The notes under the pieces: generated by a model
The model's input: the letters and a program-made list of their open reading frames with translations, nothing else
Told to the model about the DNA's origin: nothing
Database searches by the model: none
Position numbers and translations under genes: made by a program
NCBI GenBank assembly: GCA_965637545.1
Contig: OZ281494.1
Location: forward strand, 17,174,001 to 17,238,000
DNA from: Phallusia mammillata
Lineage: Eukaryota
DNA: 64,000 nt
Direction: 5' to 3'
Part shown: in pieces, positions 48,401 through 60,511 of the stretch
Numbering within the stretch: the first letter of the stretch is position 1
How the letters are laid out: the number at the start of each line of letters is the position of its first letter

Positions 48401-51400
48401 TCCGATTTACCTAATTTCCGTTACAGGCGACATGAAAGTCACTAGACGCCGCCGATATACAGTGGTCACTGGTGGCTACTTTGGTTCTATTTTCATCGAA
48501 TATGTGTCATTTTTTTCACATGTTTCGACACTTCGACCGCACAGGTATAGTTTTTTAGGACTGAAAATATAATATCATGACCAGGAAAATTTGTTTTGAA
48601 AGAAACAAAATTGGGTTGAGATTGGGAAAACTTCTAAACAAGTTTGTGTCTATAATCGTACAGGCCTTTAAATTTTTCGTGCACCCTGTCTATTTTGTCC
48701 TACTGACCATTTTTTCTCCACTATTCGTTGTCGATGTAGATAGTTTATGTATTTTTCCCAATATGGCTTTACTATTGGCGGTCAAGCAATTCAACGGGGA
48801 CATAAACTATTCCACAGCTACTTTATTCAGGCAGACTCGGTTTGCCCGTGAAATCGGCTTTTAATTCGCAGCATGCCTCGCACGTGGCACTCGTTAAGTC
48901 CGCATTATTCATCCCTTCAACTTGTCCACCTATATGGTTTATCGTGATCAACAATCTCTTCAAGCGCCATCCTTTTGCTTGGTAATTGCTCCCGACGCCG
49001 GTAAGAACGTCGTCTCGCACACAAACACAGACATGTAGTGTAGGCCTCACCTATGTCATATCGCTATATGGTCTCATTTTTTGCTTCGTAAAGACTTTTG
49101 ACATTAGGAATGTCGTTCGGTCCGTCCCTGAATTTTGTGAGTCATGGCCTTATGACGTTTTCATGTCAATCAGCTGTGTTTTGACGTTTTGTTTTCGCGA
49201 CATATCTGGGTCAGATATCAGAACTGTGGGCAGCAGTGAATGATTAGGATTCTGCAATGTATCCAGAGCCCCCCCTATAGTTTTTCATATGCACTCTTTG
49301 TAACATGTTCATTTTAATAGACTCCATGCAGTAAAAGTTATTCTCAAATTGACATTTACAAATAGTTTGTTGTTTTCGCAAAAGTTTGTATTAAAACAAA
49401 ACATTTACGAAACCAAAAAGGACGGGAAAATTATTTAAACTTATGCAAAAAAAAGTCAGATAAATTCTATCAAGAAAATGACAGACATTTTTCAGAATAA
49501 GAGTGTGTATTTTAGAATAAGAGTGTGTAATTTAATCTACTGTAAGGTAGAATAAATGCATTTAACTGGAACAAAAAAGATCTAAAAAAATTAGAAAAGT
49601 AACGTCTTCTAAGATGTTATTCATTAAATAAAGATAAATCCTAAAAATAAGAACGATATGGCAACCCGCATACACATTTTAAAAATTCGGCAAACATTTC
49701 CAAGGCGACAAACTTTTATTGCAACCGACCACAAGCGACCAAATCCATTTATCAAACGTAACTTTCGCACGTGACTACTGCCATAACGAACGAAAGTGGA
49801 TTGGTCGCAGAAACGCAGACGATTGCTTTACTTTTTGATTCGGTCTGGCCTTGACGTGACAACTCGAAAGGGGGGAAAATTACGAGAAGCCATCGATCAG
49901 TCGCTTCAAAGGTTGAATCCGCCGCGACGCTTTGATGTCTATTTGTTTGTTTACGGCGGTCATCAGTAGTGACGTTTTTTGTCGGCTTCTGTCCATCCTG
50001 GTCGTGTGTCCAGCGAAACTCTGTGCAGTTTCACACCCTTGATATTTCTGGGTTCTCGCTTTTGGAGTGCTGACAAATGCACTTCTAAAGGTTTTCCTTA
50101 CGGAAGTTCGTAAGCAGTCGTGAGAAACTTGCTTTTAGGCGGTTTTGGGCTGTTTGATGTAACTTTATATGTTTCAGCCTCTTTTCTATTAAAAAAAATA
50201 CGATCACTTTATGTAACCTGCTGTCTGTATTTTTCCCAACACGTTTTTACACTTTATTAATTGGGTAGAAGTTTCGTCTGACGAATCAAAATACTTTTAT
50301 TAGTGATTTGTGCATCGATTTGTAAATTGCTGCGTTAATAGAAAGTAATGTCCCCAGCAGAGTAAGCGCCATATTATCAGCTTGACGGCGGCGGGTAATA
50401 CGAGGCACACGTCGAGCCCTTTGTCATACCTTTACCCGCTGAGAAGGTTCAATCGAAACGGTGTTAATCTTATAACGACGTAAAGGTGTACAACGACCTG
50501 AGCTTCATTGGAGGACACTGGCATTTTTTCGTTATTTTGAAATTTCTATTTTTCTCAAGTTTCGTCGTCTTTCGGGTCACGTCTTGGTTTTCGCACATCA
50601 TCAATATCTGACGAACGCCCAGCTTGTCATACTATTCCAGGTCTCACACGGCGTTCCGTATTTTGTTTGATATTCTCCCCTAAACACGATAGCTCTGCGG
50701 TTCCATATTACAAGCTTAGAATATCAAGGGTCTGATTGGTTGTTGCCCAAACGATGAATTATAAATCGAACTGTTCGGGGCGGCTTCTGTTTACACATGG
50801 ACCTGCATTTGCATGTGCAGCCGATTCCGATATAACTAGCTACATAGACACGTGCGCCGATTAATTTTTCATTTTCAAAAATATATTTTACTTCTTAAAT
50901 CGCAAACGCGACGCCGCTGAGTCGGGTGAAAATCGTTGTAAGATTGAAAGGTTACGTCTGGCATTCTCCCGTGTCCGTGTCGATGTTAGGTGAAAACCGA
51001 TAAAGACAGTAGATAGGCAGAAAACTCACCCCTAGGAAATTGATATTTATGTATCATGTTGCGGTCAGAATGATGTATTTGATTCGTATAATAAAAGCAA
51101 AAAAGGATCTCTGGTATAAGCGTATGTATAGCCAGCTTACAAGTCCTTATGTATAGAAGTATACTCCGTAACGTCATGCCCTTCCCTCCTCTTGGGCTGC
51201 ATTGTGGATTTTCAGGCCCGATACACTGAGAAATTGTTTTTCAATTTGTTTCGTATGTGATTCTTTTTATTATTTTCCTGCTCGTAATATTTAGTTCAGA
51301 TTTATACAAAATGAAGCTTCCATTTGCACCAACAAATATCATTGTGTATGTTCTTAACCTGTCTATTTTTAATTCTACAAACTGCAATGTGAAGTTTCCA

Positions 51401-53170
51401 ACTCCTAAACAAAGATATCAATCGGCCAATTTGGCCCCAATATAAGAAAACAGAGATAAAAGAACCCACCTCCGGAACACGCATCCGCTTCGCCTTAAAA
51501 CTGTTTTCAGAGTGTTTTGTGTTGAGGCTATTTGCCTTGTGCAGGGTTTCACCAACTCGACGCTCGGAAAGACAGTGTTTGTCCTCCGCAGTCCGGTGGA
51601 GCTCAAAACAGAGCGAATCCAAGCAAACATGCACAAGGTGCGCAGATCGCATGATCGATTGCGCATCAAACGCTCGATGCACGCTTGTCTATGCGGCTGA
51701 TCAATGGTGCGATCGGTCAATAGTTGGTGAAGAGATGGACCCTAGCTTTCCCACGTACCCTTACAGTGGCTATTTTGTTTGATAACTTTTGATTTCTTAC
51801 AGTTGCGTACTAAAAGATTTAACGTATTGCCTGCAAGAAAATTCTTTTGAGTTTTCTTGAACAACTGTTACAATCAGAACCCTGGTAAATCTTTTTACAG
51901 ATACACCCAAAAGTTTAATCTTCGGCACAAAGTTATGCCAGTATTCTTTCGAGTTCTTTTGTGGTTAGGCATTGCACCCCATACGTCTTTATCGCAGAGT
52001 AAAACTTTAAAACTACAAAAGTATGCCTTGTTCCACATTGGATATAGTTTCACAAAATTTTATCGCGACCTCAGCGCACTCTTGTCACTTAAAATACTTT
52101 TGTGTTTTTATCATGCTTTTATGTTACTAAGGTTCAGTATGTAGCTTGCAAACTAATTTTGTTAAACCTTATTCAATAACTACTATGTTTGACTTGCTCT
52201 TTGAATTCGCACTGCTTTTTATTATTTGTTGCTAATTTTCCGATGCTATATCATATATATAAGAAATATATTTCTTTGTGTGAAAATGCGGCTGCTGAAA
52301 TGTTTCCAACTTAATTCACCAAAGTCAAAAATTTGTTCAACCATTTTTTTATTTTTAAACAGTGCTGCATGTACGCTACGACGATCAACGCTTAACATTT
52401 AGCCGTCACAAAAAGGAATGAGAAATTAACAACAAGAAGTGTTGAAATAAAATCAAAATGTTGGTCGGCATGCAATACATAAAATTGGCCTTTCTTAAAA
52501 ATGAAATATTACTTATAAAGTACGTCATGGAATTACTCGGGAGGAATGTGTTTCATCCGTGAAAAACTACCAACTCTGTGTGGTTTGCCAAATGCATTGC
52601 AAAACTTTAGGCGGAATGATGGTCACATGACACACATACAGAAGCGCAGACACAAAGTTACAGCAGAAGTCAAAAAATATATTTGTAAAACTCTGTGCAC
52701 AAATATGGAACGTTTGCAATTACCCAACTGACTACCCAGTAGCTTTCATTGTTGAGGGTTGAGCAGCTGATGCCCAGATTGCATTACATTTCCGAGCCAA
52801 TAATCGCTCGGTACAAAGCGTTGATTTCGTATAATTGGTGACCGGACTCAAAGAACAATGGCGTCATTCGCGGAACGCACAGTAAAAGCATACAAAATTA
52901 GTCGCAGCCGGCGTCATGGTCATATAGGCCATTGTGATGAATTATATATGACACATACAGTGAAAACACACCTACAGCTTCAGCAAAAACATAAATGGCT
53001 TCAATGGGGGCTTCGCTTACAGTTTTGTGGGCTACTGCGTTTTACCCGGGTGGCAAACTGGGAGCATGTTCTTGAAAATATAACACTTAGTTTGGTCTAA
53101 CTGCTCGGCATATGGAATATGACAACAATGATTGTCGGTTTTTGTTCGCGTTTTTGTTCTGTGTAGCAAG

Positions 53171-56100
53171 CTACGTTCCCATTTCCACTGCGTTGCTTGG
53201 TGCCATACCATGTATTAAAGACTCGTGCATGCTGCTCACAGGTACATGTGCTGAAACAGCGGTCATGTGATGCGGGATTTGCGGCAGATGTGGCTGGTAC
53301 ATGTCAGGATGTTGCAGCGGGGTCATGTGGCCGTTTGCGTGCTCACCACTGGCCACGGTGTAATGGCCCGGGACACCTCCGGAACCCGCGTGATGTTGCG
53401 AGAGTGAGTGAGGATCGTGAAGAGTGCTCATAATCATGCTGTGAGGCGGCATGATTGGAGGAGGCGGGGGTACGTGATGAGGGTTCATGGCGTGATGCGG
53501 CGGCGTATGTGAGTGCTGGGGTTGGTGATGCAGCATCTGCTCATGTTGGTGTTGCTGGTGCATGACTTGCTGCTGGTGAGCAACATGAGACATGTTGTCA
53601 AGTGAAGGTTTTGGCTCCAGTACATCGCCAGCTATGCTACCAGGGTGCCCCATGCCATCAATGCCTCCTTGGCCCTGCTGGGGTGGTGTGCCCATCCCCG
53701 AAGCTTGCAGTGGCATTCCAGTTTGAGACATGTCGCTACCATCTCTGTAATAAAAATTGCCAGGGTTAAATTATGTAGTTTGCAATTCTTTTCACAGAGT
53801 AAGACAAATATTCGAATGATTTGTTTAAGGTTTAAGTTCCTACATCCAACAATGAATAAAAAAGTGCAGTTTAGATTTGCTTACATAATATTTGTTTGCT
53901 CATGTTTTGTATAGCAGAAATACAAATTTTACAGATTTCAAAATAAATAATCATTTGACTGTATGTTGTTCCCATCTCAGTTTTGTGTTTCGATTTTGAG
54001 TTAACGAAATGATTTGACAAACACAGCGGACTGTAGAAATGCCTGAGACATTCTTGTGAACATTGACAGTTTTTAAAGTATTTTACAGTTTGTTTGTACT
54101 TTGTCTTATTTTTTTACTTCCCTAATGTATGGTTTAAATAGGGGAATGTCACTAATAAGTGTTTTGTTGCATGTCTGTATTTAACTTGTTTGCTTTAAAT
54201 GCGATGTATGCCACCCAGTGCAATGTAAACAAAAACCATTAAAATTTCACGTCTTCTCTTTACGCTTAAACACATGACTGGATAATTATTACATTCAATT
54301 GATAAGTTGATGTTTTTAGGATAACGTCCCCATTATAGCATTAGAGCGGGACTGAGTCACGGTCTATGAAGCCTGGATTCCGCGCTGACCGCGAAGGCAA
54401 CCGGGCTAGACGAAGTTAAAAAAACAAAATGGCGTCGCCGCTCTTGTGACTCCAACGTCCTACAACTTCGGTAAAATAATGCGATGTTTGCAATTGTAAA
54501 ACCCAAATCGTTTTTGTTGTTGTTCGGCATTAATGCACATGCTGAATGCTCTGTGTTTTGTTGATGACATTATTACAGCTTGAAGTCAATAGCAATTAAT
54601 AATTTTGTATATTTTTTATTCGATTTGCTAGAAACATTTGTCACAAAAGTAAATTATTCTCAAAGATGTTAAGTGTTATGCTCCACCCCTAATTTGACGC
54701 TTTCGTGCTATTCAATTCAGAAGAAAAAACAAGTTTATACACCCTACCAAAATTACAGAAACAGTGTTTTTGTATATTCATAATTTTTTTGTTAAACCTG
54801 GAAATAAACATTTCCCAAATGAATATTTTTTGGATGATGTCGTTTGTATTGGCCTGTAATTTACACACAGGCGCCACAAATTTGATCTTATTAAGCCTGT
54901 GTACCGCTGTCTCTGTTTTCAAATTTAAATTAGATTACTACCCATTGGAAATTAAACCGCCAAACACAAGAGAAAGTTTATTGAGACGCCTGGAAATCTC
55001 ATAACCGTGTTGAACGATGTCGGACAAGTAATTTGTGCGGCTTTTTCATTCAGTCTCAAGTTACCGTTCGCATTGTGTCGTGGTTTGGACAACAATTGTC
55101 TTAAAAGTTTAATTCTATTGCTGGCCAAGCTACAATAAGGCATCGAATTCGATCCCTTTTTGTGTTCCATGTCGATTTTGTAGTTTGCCACGACGAACTG
55201 GCGTTTGCTAGTATTGTAGGCCATTGCCTAATGTTGTGGTGAGGACGGTTAAGAGGCTAGTTACTAGTTTCTTTTCAATTCTATGTGATTTAATACTAAT
55301 AACAAAATATGTTGAAAGTGTTGAAGACCCACCTTTCTTTAGCTTCGGCTGCTCGATCCCGTTGCCTCCGGTTCTTAAACCAATTGCTGACTTGGGTTAC
55401 AGTCAATCCTGTGCCCTCAGCAAGTTCACGTTTTTCACGGGGTGATGGGTAAGGGTTGTGTGTGTACCAGTCGCGTAAAGTGGCCCTGGATTTCTCCTGC
55501 AAAAATTAATTGTAAAGGGTAAATGTAAACTCCAAAACAGGCACCAATAACTTGCAACATCATTAAAATGTGTTGTATTTGTATGCACAAATATTCTTAA
55601 TAGATTGAATGCTAATATTGTGAATCGCATTTACTGTTTAAAGTTTATGCAACTTGTGGTTTCATGTCACACCTCTAATGTACATGGGAGCATGTCTTCA
55701 AACAAACTAAATGATACAACATATTCAATACTTTCCACGCACCTTAAAACAGTAGCTTGTTTCTTCTCCATCCCAGATTGACCTCGGAAGAGGAAACTTC
55801 CTCCGCACTCGGTACTTTCCAACAGCACCAAGTGGTCGCCCCCTCAGTTTTTCGGCTTCGATGTAATGCGATTTGAGCCAGAGTTGTTGCAGCTTCGGAT
55901 GGTTGTGTTCAGAAAACTGATTGTTTTCGATAATCTTGTAAAGTTCGCGAAAGTTGCCGCGATGAAATGCGACAACTGCCTTTGCCTTTAGGACGCTTTC
56001 GTTCTTGTGCAGCTGCTCGCATCCAGGAAGAGACCATAAAAATCTTGCAAGTCGCTCAATATTGCCTCCTTGTTGTAGCACTTCGCAAACACAGGCCACT

Positions 56101-56330
56101 TGCTCCTGGGTGAAACCGAATGAGAGCCCGGAGCCGGGTTGTGAACTCGGCGGGGGAACAGGTGCCGGCATCCCGCCGTAGTTGCTCATCATGCTGTGGT
56201 TGATGTGAGAACTTGGACCGGCGGAAACGGCGGAGAAATGCGCTGCAGCAGCGGCTGCGACTGCGGAAGGGTGCTGCACTACCTGCGGAAGCATTGCCGG
56301 GTAAGGATTGATGGCTAGTGCGGCGGCCAT
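53171..56330 (-). CDS. Six1/2: Six1/2 (sine oculis) homeobox transcription factor, 3 coding exons, 441 aa
   Basis: Exons 56330-55743, 55496-55333, 53744-53171 join in frame (1326 nt). SIX domain ([32 protein letters not shown]...) and K50 homeodomain with the Six1/2-diagnostic ETSY tetrapeptide ([15 protein letters not shown]...[20 protein letters not shown]). Confidence 0.97.
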
Positions 56331-56415
56331 TGCTGGCTCCTGCGAAGAGGTTGTCAAGTAATTTGGTTCCGTCACCACCGTAGTCAAAATCTTGGCTTAA
56401 ATATGTGCCGATTCG

Positions 56416-56491
56416 CTATACAGAGCTTGGCATAGACGACGTATTTAGTTTTAGAGATGTACTAAATTGCACAAGGCATATACGCAGATCT
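56416..56491 (-). promoter_or_regulatory. Six1/2 leader: splice/trans-splice acceptor and two 5-codon uORFs
   Basis: TTTTTCTTAAAATTTCAG acceptor (AG at 56491-56490); uORFs MPCAI* 56479-56462 and MPSSV* 56433-56416. Confidence 0.55.
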
Positions 56492-59400
56492 GAAATTTTA
56501 AGAAAAATAGGTTTATGAGACATGCTATACCCTTTACTCGTCAATATTCAATTAGCATCGCTGTTCGAAAATGGCGCTTCCGTTACACCTAGTAAAACTT
56601 ACTTCTCTTACAAAAATAGTAAAACTTTTAAATCACATGATTTTTTTAAAATAATTTGCATTTTAATCATCGGTGCTGTCTATTTTGCTATCATTCTCAT
56701 ATGATTCTATCCTCAGTTACTTTCTTTTATTCTACAATCATCATTTTCAGTAACGATATTTGTTATTCCTTTTATTTCCTAAAAATAAAGTCTGCTGATA
56801 AATTTCGATTTCTATGCCACACTCTTGGCAACGTCCACTCTCAGGTGGCAACACCTCGCAACTAACTGTTCTCCGTCACAATCCAGCACATTAATAGCGA
56901 ACTGGCGAGAGAAATTCGACTGTGGCGAGAAAAACAACAAGCAATCGACGATCGACAACAAAAGGTGACAATCGCTGGTCGTCCCAACCCTTGTTTATAA
57001 TCGGCTCGACGACGCGCTGAATCAATCTCGGGAACTTGCTGCTTTGGTCGTTTCTCTTGCTTTTTTCGCTTTTTTCCTCTCCCGAAAACTGTCTCGTGTG
57101 CCCACTTGCTCACTTACGGTTCTGCATGGTCACGCTTTCTACAAATTTGGCCTGCCGCTGCCGCGTGCGCCATTTTCAGAAAGACGCTTGTTTAGTTTCG
57201 ATTTGCATATTTCCTAATACGCAATTTCGTTATGTTACATACAAGCACACGTTTTTTAAAAAACAACTGTTTGCCAATGTAAAATGACTTTCATGTATCT
57301 GTGGTAGTATATACTGCACAATTTATATACAACCAGACTACAAATTACTACTCTCCGTATAAATTTTGTTTCTATCGCAGTCTTTGTAAATTTAATTTTT
57401 TTAACCAAAAGCTAGTTTCTATTTTCTATCTTGACATTTCGACGTGCCCGACTAATAGCAGTAATACTCGGTCAAACTTGACCACATTTATAAAGATTTT
57501 GCAAACTTTTCGAAATCGGAAGTAAAGATTGTGTTTATTTGTCATCGCAAATTATCGACAAAAAGCGTTTGCAATCTTATATTCCACTTTCGAGTTTGGA
57601 TTGACCGGACCGGAATGGATTCAGGTATGCTTTGCTGCCATCTAGCGGGGTAATGGTCGATAGAATTTACCATTGGGCAAATCCAACCATTTATGAACGT
57701 AATTTTACATACTTCTTAAAAGCACAAGATAATGCCCTCAAACTTGCAAAATAGTAAAATCCAAATCAAACCAAATTGTTGTTAGCGCGAGAGTTTTTCG
57801 GACGTATTGAGCGGTAACAAAATACTTGCGATAAACCTGAATTGGCGCAGATTAAATCTCTGAGCTTCGCTTATTGGGAGAAAGCCGCTGTCAGGAAGAT
57901 ATCGTATGATCCTGGGAATTACAAGCATTAATTCCGCGGTCTCATACGATGTTACATTACACTGTGATGTTGATGCAAGCTTCACTATTCAACAACGGTT
58001 GTTATTCTAACAATTGCAATATATTGCCTGGTAAAATGCGTTATGAATTATTAAATTATAGGTTAGCGCTCGTTCTGAAGAATTTGCAGTATTTTGTGCT
58101 GTTATGTATTGCATTTAAATTTAGCGTTCATGATTTATCGCGTTGCATTAGTTTTTGACATTGTCGATTTTGTAGGTAATTTTTGTCCAGTTTTGTCAAC
58201 CTATCTATAGCCAAAAAATATACAACAGAAAGGATTAAACGTAAACTAAACGGAAAACTAAACTTTATCTCCTAGTGAAAGATTAGAACACGTAATTTTT
58301 ATTTCTTTGATAATTTTGTCAAACCTTTAGCAAAATAATAAATTTAACTGTCAACAAATAATTACATTTCTTAGAGTGCCCCCGTTTGCCCCAAATTTAG
58401 ACCGAAGTGCAAAACACCGAGCTGAGCCATGCATTATGCATCAGTAACTTGCAGACCAGCGACAAGTTTTGCGTCTCGTTGCTGTTTTTTTGCTTATGTG
58501 CCAATACGCGTCAACCAAATCCGCCATTTTCCCAACTGCATACATTTTGCATTCAGTTGTGCAAATATCCAGCTAAACATGCTAACAAGTTGACTTTTTG
58601 CAGTTTTTAGTTGCAACAAATTTGTTTTGAATTTAGTAGCCAATGATAAATTGTAACATACATTTTGTTGCAATAGTTTACACGCAAAGCCGTTTTATGT
58701 TACTGTTTAAAACAACTAATACATTTTAAAAATAGATTTATAACCTTGAAAGTCTCAAATAACAATACATTGCACACTAATTAAATATGACAGCAACTTT
58801 AGGGTACTGTCGGCTTTTTTGTGTGATCAAAAACACGTTACCAGATTAATGAAGTGACAGTCATTTACATTGCATGCACGTTTGATCAGTGGGCTAACAA
58901 AGAGGAAAGAAAAACATCCCGTTTAGCAAAACTAATCACCTTATCTGACATCAGACGCATGAAATAAATCCACAAGGGGCGGCCAAATGAAAGTGAGAAA
59001 ATTCCCTGAGTGAAATCTTTGCCTATAGTCGTTGTTTTCTTTTCTGTACGTGCAAAGGGAATTTGTCGCCTCTGCGAATTCGGCATTGTCCCGGGTGACC
59101 TAATCCTATTTATTTGCGTTTATATTAATTGCCACTCGATCCAGCCTTCCCAAGATGCGCGCGGTCTGTCTGTATAATTGCATAATCCTGACGTGCGCCA
59201 AACACCGTGTTACAAGCATTTAATTGCCAATCAAAGCAGATGCCGCGTATCTAAGTCTATTCTCTGGGAAATATCGTCTGGATGATTAAACCCTCATCAA
59301 TGGTGATGTACAATGAAACTACTTAGGAGTTGAACAAAGTAATCTTGAAATTAGGAATGTTCCGTAGCTTGGAAAATATTCAAGACAGTATACACAACAA

Positions 59401-60169
59401 AGGCTTTAGGTAATACTTAAATTGTATTGCAAAAATGCTATAAAATCTCTTTTTGAAAGCTGCAAGGTCTTTAATAATAATCGCTGTATTAACCTTTCTG
59501 GTTGAATAGGCAATAGCTAACCGCAATTTCAAGTTTTGTTTTTCAACAGTATAAACCGCCGATGAGTCATTCTGAGCTAATTAATATAGTTCTTCACACC
59601 TCCAGGGCTGATTCGACTCCTTTCATCCTTACAGTCCATCGCTTTAACGAGACGCCGCCACCCACATGCACAAAAATATCGCTAATTCACTAATTCGCTC
59701 AAAAGGGGCGACTACGCTACTCAACATAACGCATAGCGATGGTGCGGTGAGGCCAGCAAAGTCAAATCCCACAAATTTTTACGCCAAAACTTTCGGCGTG
59801 TCTAACGAGTCTCCGCCCGTTGAAAACCGGGTCCAACTCGAGAAGTGGGGCGCCTTCGCCAAGCTCGAAGGAAATCGGCTGTTATGGGATCATGGCGCGT
59901 TGACGGACGCGTCACTCGAGATAAACTGTTGCTAGCCCTAATACTTCTAACTTCACACCGACCAGAGCGGGTGTTTATTTTGTATTTCTACGCGCGCATG
60001 AACCATAGTGAGAGCCTGAGCCCAAGTAAGAAACTGTCCCGTCACGGCGTCTTGCTCGCGCCATTTAAGGCGCTAATAGCATTCGCAGCCTGAAGGCCCC
60101 AGCTCTTTCTTATCTCTTATCGCAGTCACTGCTCGGGAGAAGACGAATTATTTTCCCAGGGGGCCAGAG

Positions 60170-60511
60170 TGGGGCGGGCGCGGCGGCTCGGGGTGACTTT
60201 CCCACGAGAAGATAATTAACCGTGATTCATCAAGCGGCGCTGGACCCTTCGCTTCTCGCCGGACCCCTTCCATTTGTGTGTTTAGCGTCCGTGGCTGTGT
60301 TTGCGTGGAAGAGCATAATCCAATTAAAATCGCGGCGCGCAATATCAGCCAGCTCATTTTGTTTTACTAGCTGTGCTGTGCTGTCTCTTACACACAAAAT
60401 TGCACTAACCACATGCAGTGAAATTTAAGACCAATAGCGACTGAGAAAGCCATGTGTTTGGCGTGTGTTGAATCCATTCCATATCGTCTTCAGCCGGAGG
60501 TTTCAGGTTTC
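60170..60511. promoter_or_regulatory. Candidate Six1/2 upstream enhancer
   Basis: GC-rich island with GGGGCGGG, Su(H) site TTTCCCACG 60198-60206, AGATAA 60210-60215 overlapping TAATTA 60213-60218, TAATCC 60316-60321 and MEF3 TCAGGTTTC 60503-60511. Confidence 0.4.

Noticed and set aside
49492-49531. 20-bp tandem duplication AGAATAAGAGTGTGTA
   Set aside because: Only two units; an ordinary slippage duplication, not a CRISPR-like or satellite array.
51645-51716. Nested inverted repeats GATCGCA/TGCGATC as a pre-miRNA
   Set aside because: A large asymmetric internal loop of about 13 nt is incompatible with a miRNA hairpin.
34212-52144. Numerous 60-150-aa ORFs in the Six1/2 downstream region (e.g. 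35111-35557, 35619-36065, 36586-37026, 37471-37821)
   Set aside because: No domains, they overlap on both strands in GC-richer islands, many have non-ATG starts and there is no splice chain; best read as non-coding.
56331-56387. ORF-track start MTTVVTEP for Six1/2
   Set aside because: It is a TTG codon; the first in-frame ATG is 56330. Kept only as a non-AUG hypothesis.
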